From a virus (taxonomy: Duplodnaviria; Caudoviricetes): a DNA stretch of 64,000 bases. Below the pieces are notes generated by a model, which saw nothing but the letters and a program-made list of their open reading frames with translations, was not told the origin of the DNA and searched no databases. The position numbers and the translations under genes are program-made. Shown one piece after another: positions 35,944-43,892 of the stretch (within the stretch, counting starts at the first letter, position 1; every line of letters begins with the position of its first letter). Where the stretch lies: positions 21,255 through 85,254 of the IMG/VR virus record IMGVR_UViG_3300037420_001796, one strand, 5' to 3'.

Positions 35944-36420
35944 TCAGTATCTCAATTTGAGATCTGGGAACCGCTCCTGGAATTTATTGAAGGTCACGCA
36001 ATACGTGTGTCCTTCAACCTGGTGGATCTCTTTGCTGCGAGTCTTCACCAGTACTGCATAGTGGGGTACGAATTGTACCTTGCCATCGGGAGTTTGTTTA
36101 CCCTTCCAGTGAAATGCAAAATTCTGCGGGACATGCAAAAACAAGTCCCGACCCCGATAGCGTGTCGGAGTCATTCCAATGGAAAATTCCCCGTGCTGGT
36201 CGCTCACCAGCACCGCGGGCCCTCCGATTCGCTCCATCACGAGATCCCCGAAGTTGAGAATCTCAATGTTCTCCGGTCGGCCCCCGCGCAGCGTGTAGAC
36301 CACCATCTTTCGATTCGGAAAAGCAGCCTCCACGTTCAAGGCGCCGTACGACTTGTACGCTTCCTTTTCCACCCTCGGCATTTGCTCCACCAGAGCCATT
36401 AAGCTCTCGCGGTCGTCCAT
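35944..36420 (-). CDS. Hypothetical protein
   Basis: 158 aa with lower-GC codon usage, between helicase and primase. Confidence 0.6.
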   Translation of the reverse strand: MDDRESLMALVEQMPRVEKEAYKSYGALNVEAAFPNRKMVVYTLRGGRPENIEILNFGDLVMERIGGPAVLVSDQHGEFSIGMTPTRYRGRDLFLHVPQNFAFHWKGKQTPDGKVQFVPHYAVLVKTRSKEIHQVEGHTYCVTFNKFQERFPDLKLRY

Positions 36421-36469
36421 GAACTGACCGCCCCTCCGTGAGCCTTCAGAGGTGCCGGAACCTCTCATT

Positions 36470-37888
36470 TCAGCGGCCATAGATTGCATCTCTTAGATCC
36501 TCGAACCCGCCTTGAATTGAATTGACCATCGCGTCGTTGTTAAGCAGATCTCGGAATAGCCGGACCTGAATAGTTTGCTGAGCGATCGCAATACGACACA
36601 CCACCGGGTTCTCCTGTCCATCCCGGTCGAGTCGCGCAATCGTCTGGTGAAAGTGCAACGCTAGGGGAGGGGCCTCCACAACTAGCGCGTCGGAGCAGAC
36701 ATGTTGCAAGCCGTCCACTCCCATCCCCGCTGCCTGTGGCTGTACTAGGATACACTGACAACGGTCGTCTTCGACGAACTTTGCAATGGCTTCCTGCTTG
36801 TCCTTGGGGGACACTTCGCCGTAGATGGCCACAGCGCCATAAGGCTTCAACCTCTCCAAGAGGTAGCGGTTGGTCATCTGGAAGTTGGCGACGATCATCA
36901 GCTTCTTACCCGGCCCGATTTCCTCAAAGGTGTTCTCCACTACCTTGAGGACGGCCGGGCGCCGGTCTGGGTTCTGTTCAAAGTGGGCCCAGTTGCAGAC
37001 GATCTGCTGCAGCATCGCACGAAGGCGCTGCTCGCTCAGGGCGTTGATTTCCCCGCCGTGCTCAAGCTCCACCAACTTCTCTTCGGCTAGCCTCTTATAG
37101 AGCTTTAGGTGAGCGGGCTCGAGCTCGTACGGAATAGGTACGTACGTCAGCGCCGGCAGCTCACTGCGGACTTGGCGGCGAATGATACGAGAAGTCTGGA
37201 CCTTCATGTTCTGCGCAAGCAGGTCCAGGTTCGCCCACTTCTTCACGTTGCCGTAGTCGTCCACATCGAGTACGTGCAGCTGATCGAAGTGCCGCTGATT
37301 GCGGTATATCTTGTTACCGGTCAGAAGGCGTATGTATGCATATCCATCCCCCGGCTTCGCGAGCGGCGAGCCGGTGAGTAGCAGCAGAGGGCGGTTCTCG
37401 AAGAAGAGCTTGATCGCCTTGTGGTTGTCCGACTTCGTGTTCTTCACCGAAGTGGCTTCGTCCACCGCGCCGCCGACCTTGCGGTCTTTGAACGTCTCGT
37501 ACAGCGAGTCGAAGTCGTTCTTGAATACCCCCATCGTCGTGAGGATGAATTCGCTGTCGAGACTGACTTCCTTGCGCTGCTTGGGCGTGCCGTAGTAGAC
37601 AGAAACGCTCACCGGTTGATCATCGGATGTGCGTTTGACTTTCTCAAGCCAGCGCTTCCATTGCAGAAGCAGGATCTCGTTGGGAAGAACGAACACCCAC
37701 TGCTCGATGCCCGCAGTGAGCTTCCAGTACAGCGCGTGGTGCGTCGAGCCCGCTGTCTTGCCGGTGCCCGGGTCCCAGTAGTACCCGGCCCTGTCGTACT
37801 GAGCGAGGAAGTTGAACTCCTCGATCTGGTAATGCCGAAATTCGAACGGGAAAGCGTACTGCTCCCGGACTGTCTCGTAAGGGGTCAT
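36470..37888 (-). CDS. SNF2-like SF2 helicase
   Basis: PGTGKT, VDEATSVK, LLTGSP, QAAGMGVDGLQ and QTIARLDRDGQ. Confidence 0.85.
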   Translation of the reverse strand: MTPYETVREQYAFPFEFRHYQIEEFNFLAQYDRAGYYWDPGTGKTAGSTHHALYWKLTAGIEQWVFVLPNEILLLQWKRWLEKVKRTSDDQPVSVSVYYGTPKQRKEVSLDSEFILTTMGVFKNDFDSLYETFKDRKVGGAVDEATSVKNTKSDNHKAIKLFFENRPLLLLTGSPLAKPGDGYAYIRLLTGNKIYRNQRHFDQLHVLDVDDYGNVKKWANLDLLAQNMKVQTSRIIRRQVRSELPALTYVPIPYELEPAHLKLYKRLAEEKLVELEHGGEINALSEQRLRAMLQQIVCNWAHFEQNPDRRPAVLKVVENTFEEIGPGKKLMIVANFQMTNRYLLERLKPYGAVAIYGEVSPKDKQEAIAKFVEDDRCQCILVQPQAAGMGVDGLQHVCSDALVVEAPPLALHFHQTIARLDRDGQENPVVCRIAIAQQTIQVRLFRDLLNNDAMVNSIQGGFEDLRDAIYGR

Positions 37889-37960
37889 TCAAATGGGGGC
37901 GGCAAGCCGCAGCCCGCTCAGTGCGAGACCGAGTGGCTAGGGCCTGCCGCCCAAACTGGT

Positions 37961-38404
37961 TTAGGAAAGCTGCTTGAGCAGCGCCGAATACACCTCTGCC
38001 GTGAACGGGCTGTTGCCCACGGCATGCATGGAGCCGCGCCAACGCGTGCGCAGGATGCGGCCGTGCAGGAGGTCCACCATCTGCTTGATGATGACGTTGT
38101 CGTGTGCGTGATCGACGAGCCACTCAGGCACATCGCTCACGCGGATGTCTTTGGGAAGCGCCTGCAGTCGCAGCGCTTCGTCGATGCTCAGCATGCGCGG
38201 GATCGCGTTCTCCGCGGCCTCGAGGTCGTACTTAACCTCGGAGTTGAACTTGAGAAGTTCGTTGAGCGACTCGAGCGGATCGTTCACATCGGGCGTGCCT
38301 TCGACGCCCTCTTGTTTCAGGATCCAGGACGCGCAGTCGTAAAGGGTGCCGAATACGCCGTTGTCGAAGTCTCCGCGCTTGGAGACGTAGAAGATATTTT
38401 CCAT
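37961..38404 (-). CDS. Hypothetical protein
   Basis: 147 aa after an AAC-rich AAAGAGG leader. Confidence 0.6.
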   Translation of the reverse strand: MENIFYVSKRGDFDNGVFGTLYDCASWILKQEGVEGTPDVNDPLESLNELLKFNSEVKYDLEAAENAIPRMLSIDEALRLQALPKDIRVSDVPEWLVDHAHDNVIIKQMVDLLHGRILRTRWRGSMHAVGNSPFTAEVYSALLKQLS

Positions 38405-38446
38405 GTGACCTCTTTGTTGTTTTTGTTTTCGGTCTGGAGCCGCCGG

Positions 38447-38716
38447 CTACTTCCAGCGGTCTCGGTTCGCGCTCTTTTCTCGGAACGCTACACGCCTGCC
38501 TCGCGTGACTTCGCCTTTCGGAGGCTTGGTTTTCACTGGCTCGCGAAGACTCAGATAACCCAGCGAGCCCACCTCTATCTCGTGCCCAGCTTGCAGGCCC
38601 ATGTCCATGACGAAGTCGAGATCGTCAAGCACCTTGCGCACGTCGGCCGTCTTCATGGAAAGCCGTCGTGCGACGAGTTCGGCGAGCATCGCCGTGGTCA
38701 TCTTAGATGTGGGCAT
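38447..38716 (-). CDS. HU/IHF-like DNA-binding protein
   Basis: LAELVARRLSMKTADVRKVLDDL...L..G.EIEVGSLGYL...RRVAFR matches the HU fold pattern. Confidence 0.7.
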   Translation of the reverse strand: MPTSKMTTAMLAELVARRLSMKTADVRKVLDDLDFVMDMGLQAGHEIEVGSLGYLSLREPVKTKPPKGEVTRGRRVAFREKSANRDRWK

Positions 38717-39191
38717 CGCTGTATTTTCGCAAGAGCTCTGAGGCCTGGTCGATGTTCAGACCGCTCTCATGGTAAGCCTGTTGCCACGGAGCCTGCGAGC
38801 GCACCATCACCGTGTTCAGCCACTTCTCGCCGTAATAGCGATAAAGCGGCGTGCGACGCGCGATGTCGCCGTTGATCGCGAACCAGAATTCCTTCGGCGG
38901 CAGGCGCAGCAGGCCCCTCACGGTGAGCCCGGGCAGCCGCTTTTCCTGCACGTCGATCTCTCCGCTGTTTCGGATCATGTTGACCGTGTGGCCCACCAGG
39001 ACGGTGAACTTCTCGTCGTCATGCTCGGGATGTCTCTCGTAAGGGTGCGACACCCATGCGAGATTCCACGCCTCTGCATCCGATCGAAGGATTCTCGAGT
39101 ACGCGGGGCCGACCCAGCTGTGGCCGGCCTTGACGCTGTAGTCCTCGATGGGCTTCGGTGAATAACGCGGAATGAAAAGTTGATCGCTCAT
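38703..39191 (-). CDS. Hypothetical protein
   Basis: 162 aa, Trp-rich. Confidence 0.6.
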   Translation of the reverse strand: MSDQLFIPRYSPKPIEDYSVKAGHSWVGPAYSRILRSDAEAWNLAWVSHPYERHPEHDDEKFTVLVGHTVNMIRNSGEIDVQEKRLPGLTVRGLLRLPPKEFWFAINGDIARRTPLYRYYGEKWLNTVMVRSQAPWQQAYHESGLNIDQASELLRKYSDAHI

Positions 39192-39210
39192 CTGAAAGTG
39201 CTTTGGTTGA

Positions 39211-39831
39211 TCAAGGGACAGAAACTGCTTTCCTCACCTCCTCGCGAATGACGTCATTGCCCTTCGCTGTGAAGTGCAAGCCGTCCGTGAGGTCGCTGTT
39301 GTCGGGGACTGCCTTTTCGACGTCGATGAGTTCGTCGTACAAGGCGGGCGAGGACCTGATGAATGCGTTGAGCTGCTCACGCCGGTCCCTGACCGGCTCC
39401 TGAACGGGGCCAACGGTCGTTGCCACCACGCGAAAGCCGTCGGCGCGGGCCTTGGCCCACAGCGCAGACAGCGCCGCTTCCGCATCGAGCAGTGGGACGC
39501 CTCGCACGACGTCGTTCGTGCCGGCGAACAGCACATACGAGCCGCGCCGTCCGGCAAGCGGGTGCACGTCTGCCGGATAGCGCTGGATCACTTCGACGGC
39601 AGCGCGGGAGGACGCCACAGCGACGAGGGCGAAGTCGTCGGTGGGCATCTCCTGCTCGAGACTTGTGGGCCAAGTCGTCGCGGGGAAGGCCGGGTCGGCT
39701 AGCGAGTCGCCATCGACGACCACCACCGGACGCGTATCCAGAGTTGCTTGTTGGGCGGGAGCGCTTGCGCCTCCACCGCCGCCGCAACCGACAAGAACCG
39801 TTGCAGCCAGGATCGTGAGCAGCTTGTTCAT
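39211..39831 (-). CDS. SGNH/GDSL hydrolase lipoprotein
   Basis: Lipoprotein signal MNKLLTILAATVLVG-C, block I DGDSL, block III AGTND and block V DGLH. Confidence 0.85.
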   Translation of the reverse strand: MNKLLTILAATVLVGCGGGGGASAPAQQATLDTRPVVVVDGDSLADPAFPATTWPTSLEQEMPTDDFALVAVASSRAAVEVIQRYPADVHPLAGRRGSYVLFAGTNDVVRGVPLLDAEAALSALWAKARADGFRVVATTVGPVQEPVRDRREQLNAFIRSSPALYDELIDVEKAVPDNSDLTDGLHFTAKGNDVIREEVRKAVSVP

Positions 39832-41186
39832 GCTGACACCGCCTGTTCGAACTGCGCCTGCACCTCCTCGAGCGTGTCGGCCTTGATCTTGTCTCGTCGC
39901 AGCTCCGCGAAGCGTGGCGAGAAGAGCGAGAAGATCTTGTCTTCGCCGGTGGGCTCCATCACGCCGTTCGCCTTCACGGCAATGACGGTGTCCAGCAGCT
40001 CGTCGCGATGCTCGTGGATGTATTGCTCGATGTCACGCTTGAAGCCGGACACTCCGACCTCGAGCCTGTCGTCCAGCGTGCGCGCAACCACCGCGCCGAA
40101 CGTCTTCTCGGTACGCTTGCCCGGCGTGCCGGGTCGGTAGCCGACGATCTTCAAGTCGACCGTCACCTCCAGCTTGAACTTGACCTGGTCTCGGCTGTCG
40201 CCGTCGCGCCAGATGGTCGACGGGTGCTTGCAGATGACGCCCTCGAGCCCGCGAGCGAGGTAGGACTTGTAGATCGCAAGAGCCTCGGCGCGCGAGTGGA
40301 CGACCTTGGTGTCTATCACGCGCACGGCTGCCTGCTGGCCGGCGCGCGTGATCTGGTCTTGGAGCTGCTCGAATCGCTCGTCATAGCGCGCTGCGTAGGT
40401 GCCCTTGGCGACCCACGCGTGAATCGGAATCTGATCCCACGCGTCGAAGTGCACCCAGTGCCCTTCAGGAAGGGCGCCGCCTTGCGCGAGGCTGTTGAGG
40501 ATGCCGTTGCCGATCTGTCTCTCGCACAACTCGCCGCGGTTGTAGACGGTGAGTTCGCCCATCGTGACGGTGCCGGGCTTGAGGATCGATGCCAGCTGCT
40601 GCTCGAGATGATCGAGCGCGCCATGCGGGAAGGGCGAGCCTTGCCTGCTCGTGATCAGCACCTCACGCGCGTCGTTGACCTGCACGTTGGCGAACATGCC
40701 GTCGGCCTTGAGCTGCACGAAGATGCCGTCGCTCCACGCCCACTTGTCCATGTGGCTGTCCTTCGGAAGCGAGCAGCGCATGTAGGGCGGATCGAACACG
40801 AGGTCGGGGAACGCCGTGTTCACGATCGTCACGCCCACGCCGCAGCGCAGGTCCTTGAGCAGGATGCGCCGCAGCACTTCCTGCGACTTGGGTGTGAGGA
40901 CTTTCAGGCGCTGCAGCACGGCGTCGATAGCCAGGTCTCCGGTGACGTGCCGATCGGACAGCGCGTGAATCAGATCCCGATCGGCATCGCCGAGTACCTC
41001 GATGCCGCTGTAGCCGGCGTTGTCGGGGAACGTGTCTTCGCTCAAGAAGTAGACGAAGCTTGCGTCGAGAGCGAATCGCAACCACTCGCGCACGTCGCCT
41101 AACGTCTGCACGATGGCAAGCTTGTCCTTCTTGCTGTTGGTTGCAGCTGCGCGCTGCAGGGCGTCGAAGAGATCGTCAGATGTCAT
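39828..41186 (-). CDS. ATP-dependent DNA ligase
   Basis: QLKADG adenylation motif, MGEL, FD, EGVICK, KFK and FSPRF. ATG at 41186 follows TTTGGAGTCC. Confidence 0.9.
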   Translation of the reverse strand: MTSDDLFDALQRAAATNSKKDKLAIVQTLGDVREWLRFALDASFVYFLSEDTFPDNAGYSGIEVLGDADRDLIHALSDRHVTGDLAIDAVLQRLKVLTPKSQEVLRRILLKDLRCGVGVTIVNTAFPDLVFDPPYMRCSLPKDSHMDKWAWSDGIFVQLKADGMFANVQVNDAREVLITSRQGSPFPHGALDHLEQQLASILKPGTVTMGELTVYNRGELCERQIGNGILNSLAQGGALPEGHWVHFDAWDQIPIHAWVAKGTYAARYDERFEQLQDQITRAGQQAAVRVIDTKVVHSRAEALAIYKSYLARGLEGVICKHPSTIWRDGDSRDQVKFKLEVTVDLKIVGYRPGTPGKRTEKTFGAVVARTLDDRLEVGVSGFKRDIEQYIHEHRDELLDTVIAVKANGVMEPTGEDKIFSLFSPRFAELRRDKIKADTLEEVQAQFEQAVSA

Positions 41187-41209
41187 GTGGACTCCAAAGT
41201 TTTCGTTGG

Positions 41210-41605
41210 TCAATGAAGCTCGTTGTTCAAGCGAGCGGAAAGGTGTTCGAGGAAATCCTCGAAGTCGAGGTCTTCCACTTCTCGACGTGGCCAGTTGAAG
41301 CGACTCAGGTACTCATCGCTTTCTGCGCACAGGCTCTCAGCCATGCGAAGGGCCTCCTCTTTCGAGGTCCAGTGGTATCGCCAAAGCTGCGGAGGTGATG
41401 GCGGCGTGGTCAGGTGCGAATACAACAGCACCGCACCCGGATACATCGCATAGCCGAGCGACACCGTAATCGGACCCACCGCGGACTTGAACCCGAACAC
41501 GTTCGCGATGGGAGGTTCTGACTCCCACGGCAATTCGTTGGGCGCCTTCACGGCCACGTTCGATGCGTGACTCAATTGAGTTCCTTTCTGTTTGTTGTTA
41601 TTCAC
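41210..41605 (-). CDS. Hypothetical protein
   Basis: 131 aa ORF in the operon direction. Confidence 0.5.
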   Translation of the reverse strand: MNNNKQKGTQLSHASNVAVKAPNELPWESEPPIANVFGFKSAVGPITVSLGYAMYPGAVLLYSHLTTPPSPPQLWRYHWTSKEEALRMAESLCAESDEYLSRFNWPRREVEDLDFEDFLEHLSARLNNELH

Positions 41606-41925
41606 GTCGCAGAGACGCGTCCACCTTCGACAAGGCGAACGCGACTCAGGCCGGAGCTGCGGCGTGGCGGGGGCGGCAGCGAACGAAGATTCGCCGCGAC
41701 ACCCAGTTGGTTGAGGACCGTACGATCGAGCAACTGCGCGACCTCGAAATCAAGGCCGTGCACAGCGAGGATGTAGCCCTCGACGGTTTTCTTATCCCTC
41801 GACACGTGCGTCGCATCGACCACTGCTTGATCGATTGACACGCGAACGCTCGCATCTTTCGGATCCACGATGAACCATCGTTGATCCACTGTCTCCATCC
41901 GGAACTTCATTGAGTTCTTACTCAC
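41602..41925 (-). CDS. Hypothetical protein
   Basis: GTG start after GGAGTCC. Confidence 0.55.
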   Translation of the reverse strand: MSKNSMKFRMETVDQRWFIVDPKDASVRVSIDQAVVDATHVSRDKKTVEGYILAVHGLDFEVAQLLDRTVLNQLGVAANLRSLPPPPRRSSGLSRVRLVEGGRVSAT

Positions 41926-42007
41926 AATAGGACTCCAAAATTTGTTTCACAAAGAGTCCTCCCTAATGCCTGTTGATTCCGGCGTTTCGCCGGTTGCGCG
42001 AATCGCG

Positions 42008-42265
42008 TTATGCGGTCGCTAGTTGTTCTGCGCGCGCGAGCAAGTCGGCCTGGCGCCACGCGCGCATTTCATCTGGGTCGTACCAGTCGCCACTCGAGTT
42101 CGCATGAAGCCGCGGCTTGGGCGGAGGCACGGGGCTGCGCAGCATGTACTGCGCCAGAGACTGTGCGTTCTTGAAGCCGAACTCCTCGGCGAGCTCGCGC
42201 TTGTTGCGCAGTGGCTTGCGTGGCTTATGCGGCTTGAAAGGCCTCGGCAATGCGTAGTGGTTCAT
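42008..42265 (-). CDS. AlpA/Xis-like small HTH protein
   Basis: KRELAEEFGF....L...M.R...P.P......WY...E..AW pattern. Confidence 0.55.
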   Translation of the reverse strand: MNHYALPRPFKPHKPRKPLRNKRELAEEFGFKNAQSLAQYMLRSPVPPPKPRLHANSSGDWYDPDEMRAWRQADLLARAEQLATA

Positions 42266-42336
42266 GGTTGGACTCCAAAGTTGTGAACGCAGTCCTAGAT
42301 GGACGAGCGCTCGACGTCAAAGGTCGAGGGGTTTTG

Positions 42337-43047
42337 TCACGCAGGCTCCGCGATGCGTTCTCCGCGCGCGACGATGGACACCTTCTTGAATCCGGAGCCG
42401 TGCGCAGGGAAGCCGACGATCGTGTCTCGGTATCCGCGCTGGCAGAGCTGGCAGGTCGCACAGCTCACATCGTCATGCGTGGTTGCTGGGCATACGACGA
42501 CGGTTCGGCCTTCGGGTGTCTTGGTGTTTTGGGTCTGGTCTGAAGGAAGCACGACGACCACGGGCGCGATGCCGAGGCTCGCGAACGCGTCGGCCTCCTC
42601 CAGGTTGTTCGCAGACAAATTGGTGGTCAGGCCTCGGATGTTCGCCCACGCGATTGCCGCGCGGTTGTGCTCAGAGTTCGGGCGGTAGTGGGTGTAGGTG
42701 AACCCACGCTTGCCGAAATTCGCGTCCAGGAGCTTCTCGAGCGCCGGCCGATCAATGTTCGTGCCGTCGCCCGGCAAGTCGCCGGCCGCGTTATGACGCC
42801 ACAGCTGCATCTCAGGCAACGTGGCAACAGCATCGCAGAACATGTCCCAGCCCATGCCGCGATCTCCTCGCGACACAGCGTTCCAGTGCATGCCCAGCGG
42901 GCCACCTTCGGCGTAGCACCCGTTGCCGCGGAACGCGCAGTCCGTCGGACACGCGTCACGCGTCGTGATGCTCACAGGAATCGGACCCGTCTTACGGTTG
43001 TCCGACTTCAACGTCAGGTGGGCGTAGTACTGCCTCTTCTTATTCAT
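42337..43047 (-). CDS. Cys-rich conserved phage protein, possibly Fe-S / radical-SAM-related
   Basis: CPTDCAFRGNGCYA, RHNAAGD, FTYTH and C-terminal CP...CATCQLC...FPAH. Confidence 0.55.
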   Translation of the reverse strand: MNKKRQYYAHLTLKSDNRKTGPIPVSITTRDACPTDCAFRGNGCYAEGGPLGMHWNAVSRGDRGMGWDMFCDAVATLPEMQLWRHNAAGDLPGDGTNIDRPALEKLLDANFGKRGFTYTHYRPNSEHNRAAIAWANIRGLTTNLSANNLEEADAFASLGIAPVVVVLPSDQTQNTKTPEGRTVVVCPATTHDDVSCATCQLCQRGYRDTIVGFPAHGSGFKKVSIVARGERIAEPA

Positions 43048-43142
43048 CGTGGACTCCAAACACTGCGGCAAATTGCCGCTACACGTCGCTCGTCTTTCCT
43101 CTCCCTCCGCGCGCCCGGTGCGAGCAATCGGGCGGGGCTTCG

Positions 43143-43343
43143 TTAATTCAAAATATCCTTGAGGCCCTTGGTCGATTTCCTGTATCGATTCTCAAGTTCC
43201 TCGGTCGTCGGGGTGTCGTCGTCGCCTACGTCGTTATCGAAGTCGATCACTTCGAGATCGACGTTCTCCAGCAACGGAGAGACGAAGACAGATTGCAGAA
43301 CGCCGCCGTTGACGACGCAAACGATTCGTGCCTTGTTCACCAT
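43143..43343 (-). CDS. Small hypothetical protein
   Basis: MVNKARIVCVVNGGVLQSV..., with a GGAG ribosome-binding site. Confidence 0.55.
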   Translation of the reverse strand: MVNKARIVCVVNGGVLQSVFVSPLLENVDLEVIDFDNDVGDDDTPTTEELENRYRKSTKGLKDILN

Positions 43344-43344
43344 G

Positions 43345-43650
43345 TCAACTCTCCAGCGCCTCGATCGGGACCCACAACCAACCTTGAACCCACACGCCTT
43401 CGTCGGAGCGGCTCGCGGCCGCGGGTCGATCGATCTCGATCTCGTCGCTGCCGTGAATGTCCGTCGCGGCTTCGAGCTCGTCTTCGGTTGCGTCGTCGAG
43501 CGCTTCGATCCGCACGTCTTGCAGGTACACGATGTCGCCGTTTTCCATCTGGATGGAACCCGAGCCGATGCGGTCATTCAAGCCGCGCGCGAACTCTTCG
43601 ACGTCGACTTCGCCTTCGGGGTTGTCGGGGATTTCGACAATGAATCTCAT
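43345..43650 (-). CDS. Acidic hypothetical protein
   Basis: 101 aa, strongly Asp/Glu-rich, with an AAGGAG ribosome-binding site. Confidence 0.55.
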   Translation of the reverse strand: MRFIVEIPDNPEGEVDVEEFARGLNDRIGSGSIQMENGDIVYLQDVRIEALDDATEDELEAATDIHGSDEIEIDRPAAASRSDEGVWVQGWLWVPIEALES

Positions 43651-43661
43651 GTTGTTCTCCT

Positions 43662-43889
43662 TTATCCGTGGTCGTACAAACGCAGGTCGGGATGCGTGTC
43701 GTAGTCGGTGCTGCTGATCACCGCCGTGAGAGTGGCCGAGTAGGTCAACTCGTCATCTCGCACGCGCTCGTATTCGGCGCGCGCCACTTCGAAATCCTCG
43801 TGCACCGACCAGTCGTCACGCAACAGGTCCAGGTTGTCTGGGTCGTCGGCGTCGCGCACCGACGAAACCACGATGTATTCGAATGCCAT
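43662..43889 (-). CDS. Acidic hypothetical protein
   Basis: 75 aa. Confidence 0.5.
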   Translation of the reverse strand: MAFEYIVVSSVRDADDPDNLDLLRDDWSVHEDFEVARAEYERVRDDELTYSATLTAVISSTDYDTHPDLRLYDHG

Positions 43890-43892
43890 GTC

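Larger units (their letters stand above)
16625..38432 (-). promoter_or_regulatory. Dispersed class II AAC-rich leader CCGA(C/A)AACAA(C/A)AA(A/C)AACAAAGAGG before start codons
   Basis: Copies at 16625-16649 and 29226-29250 (identical 25-mer), 23991-24011, 35903-35927 and 38408-38432. Confidence 0.8.
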
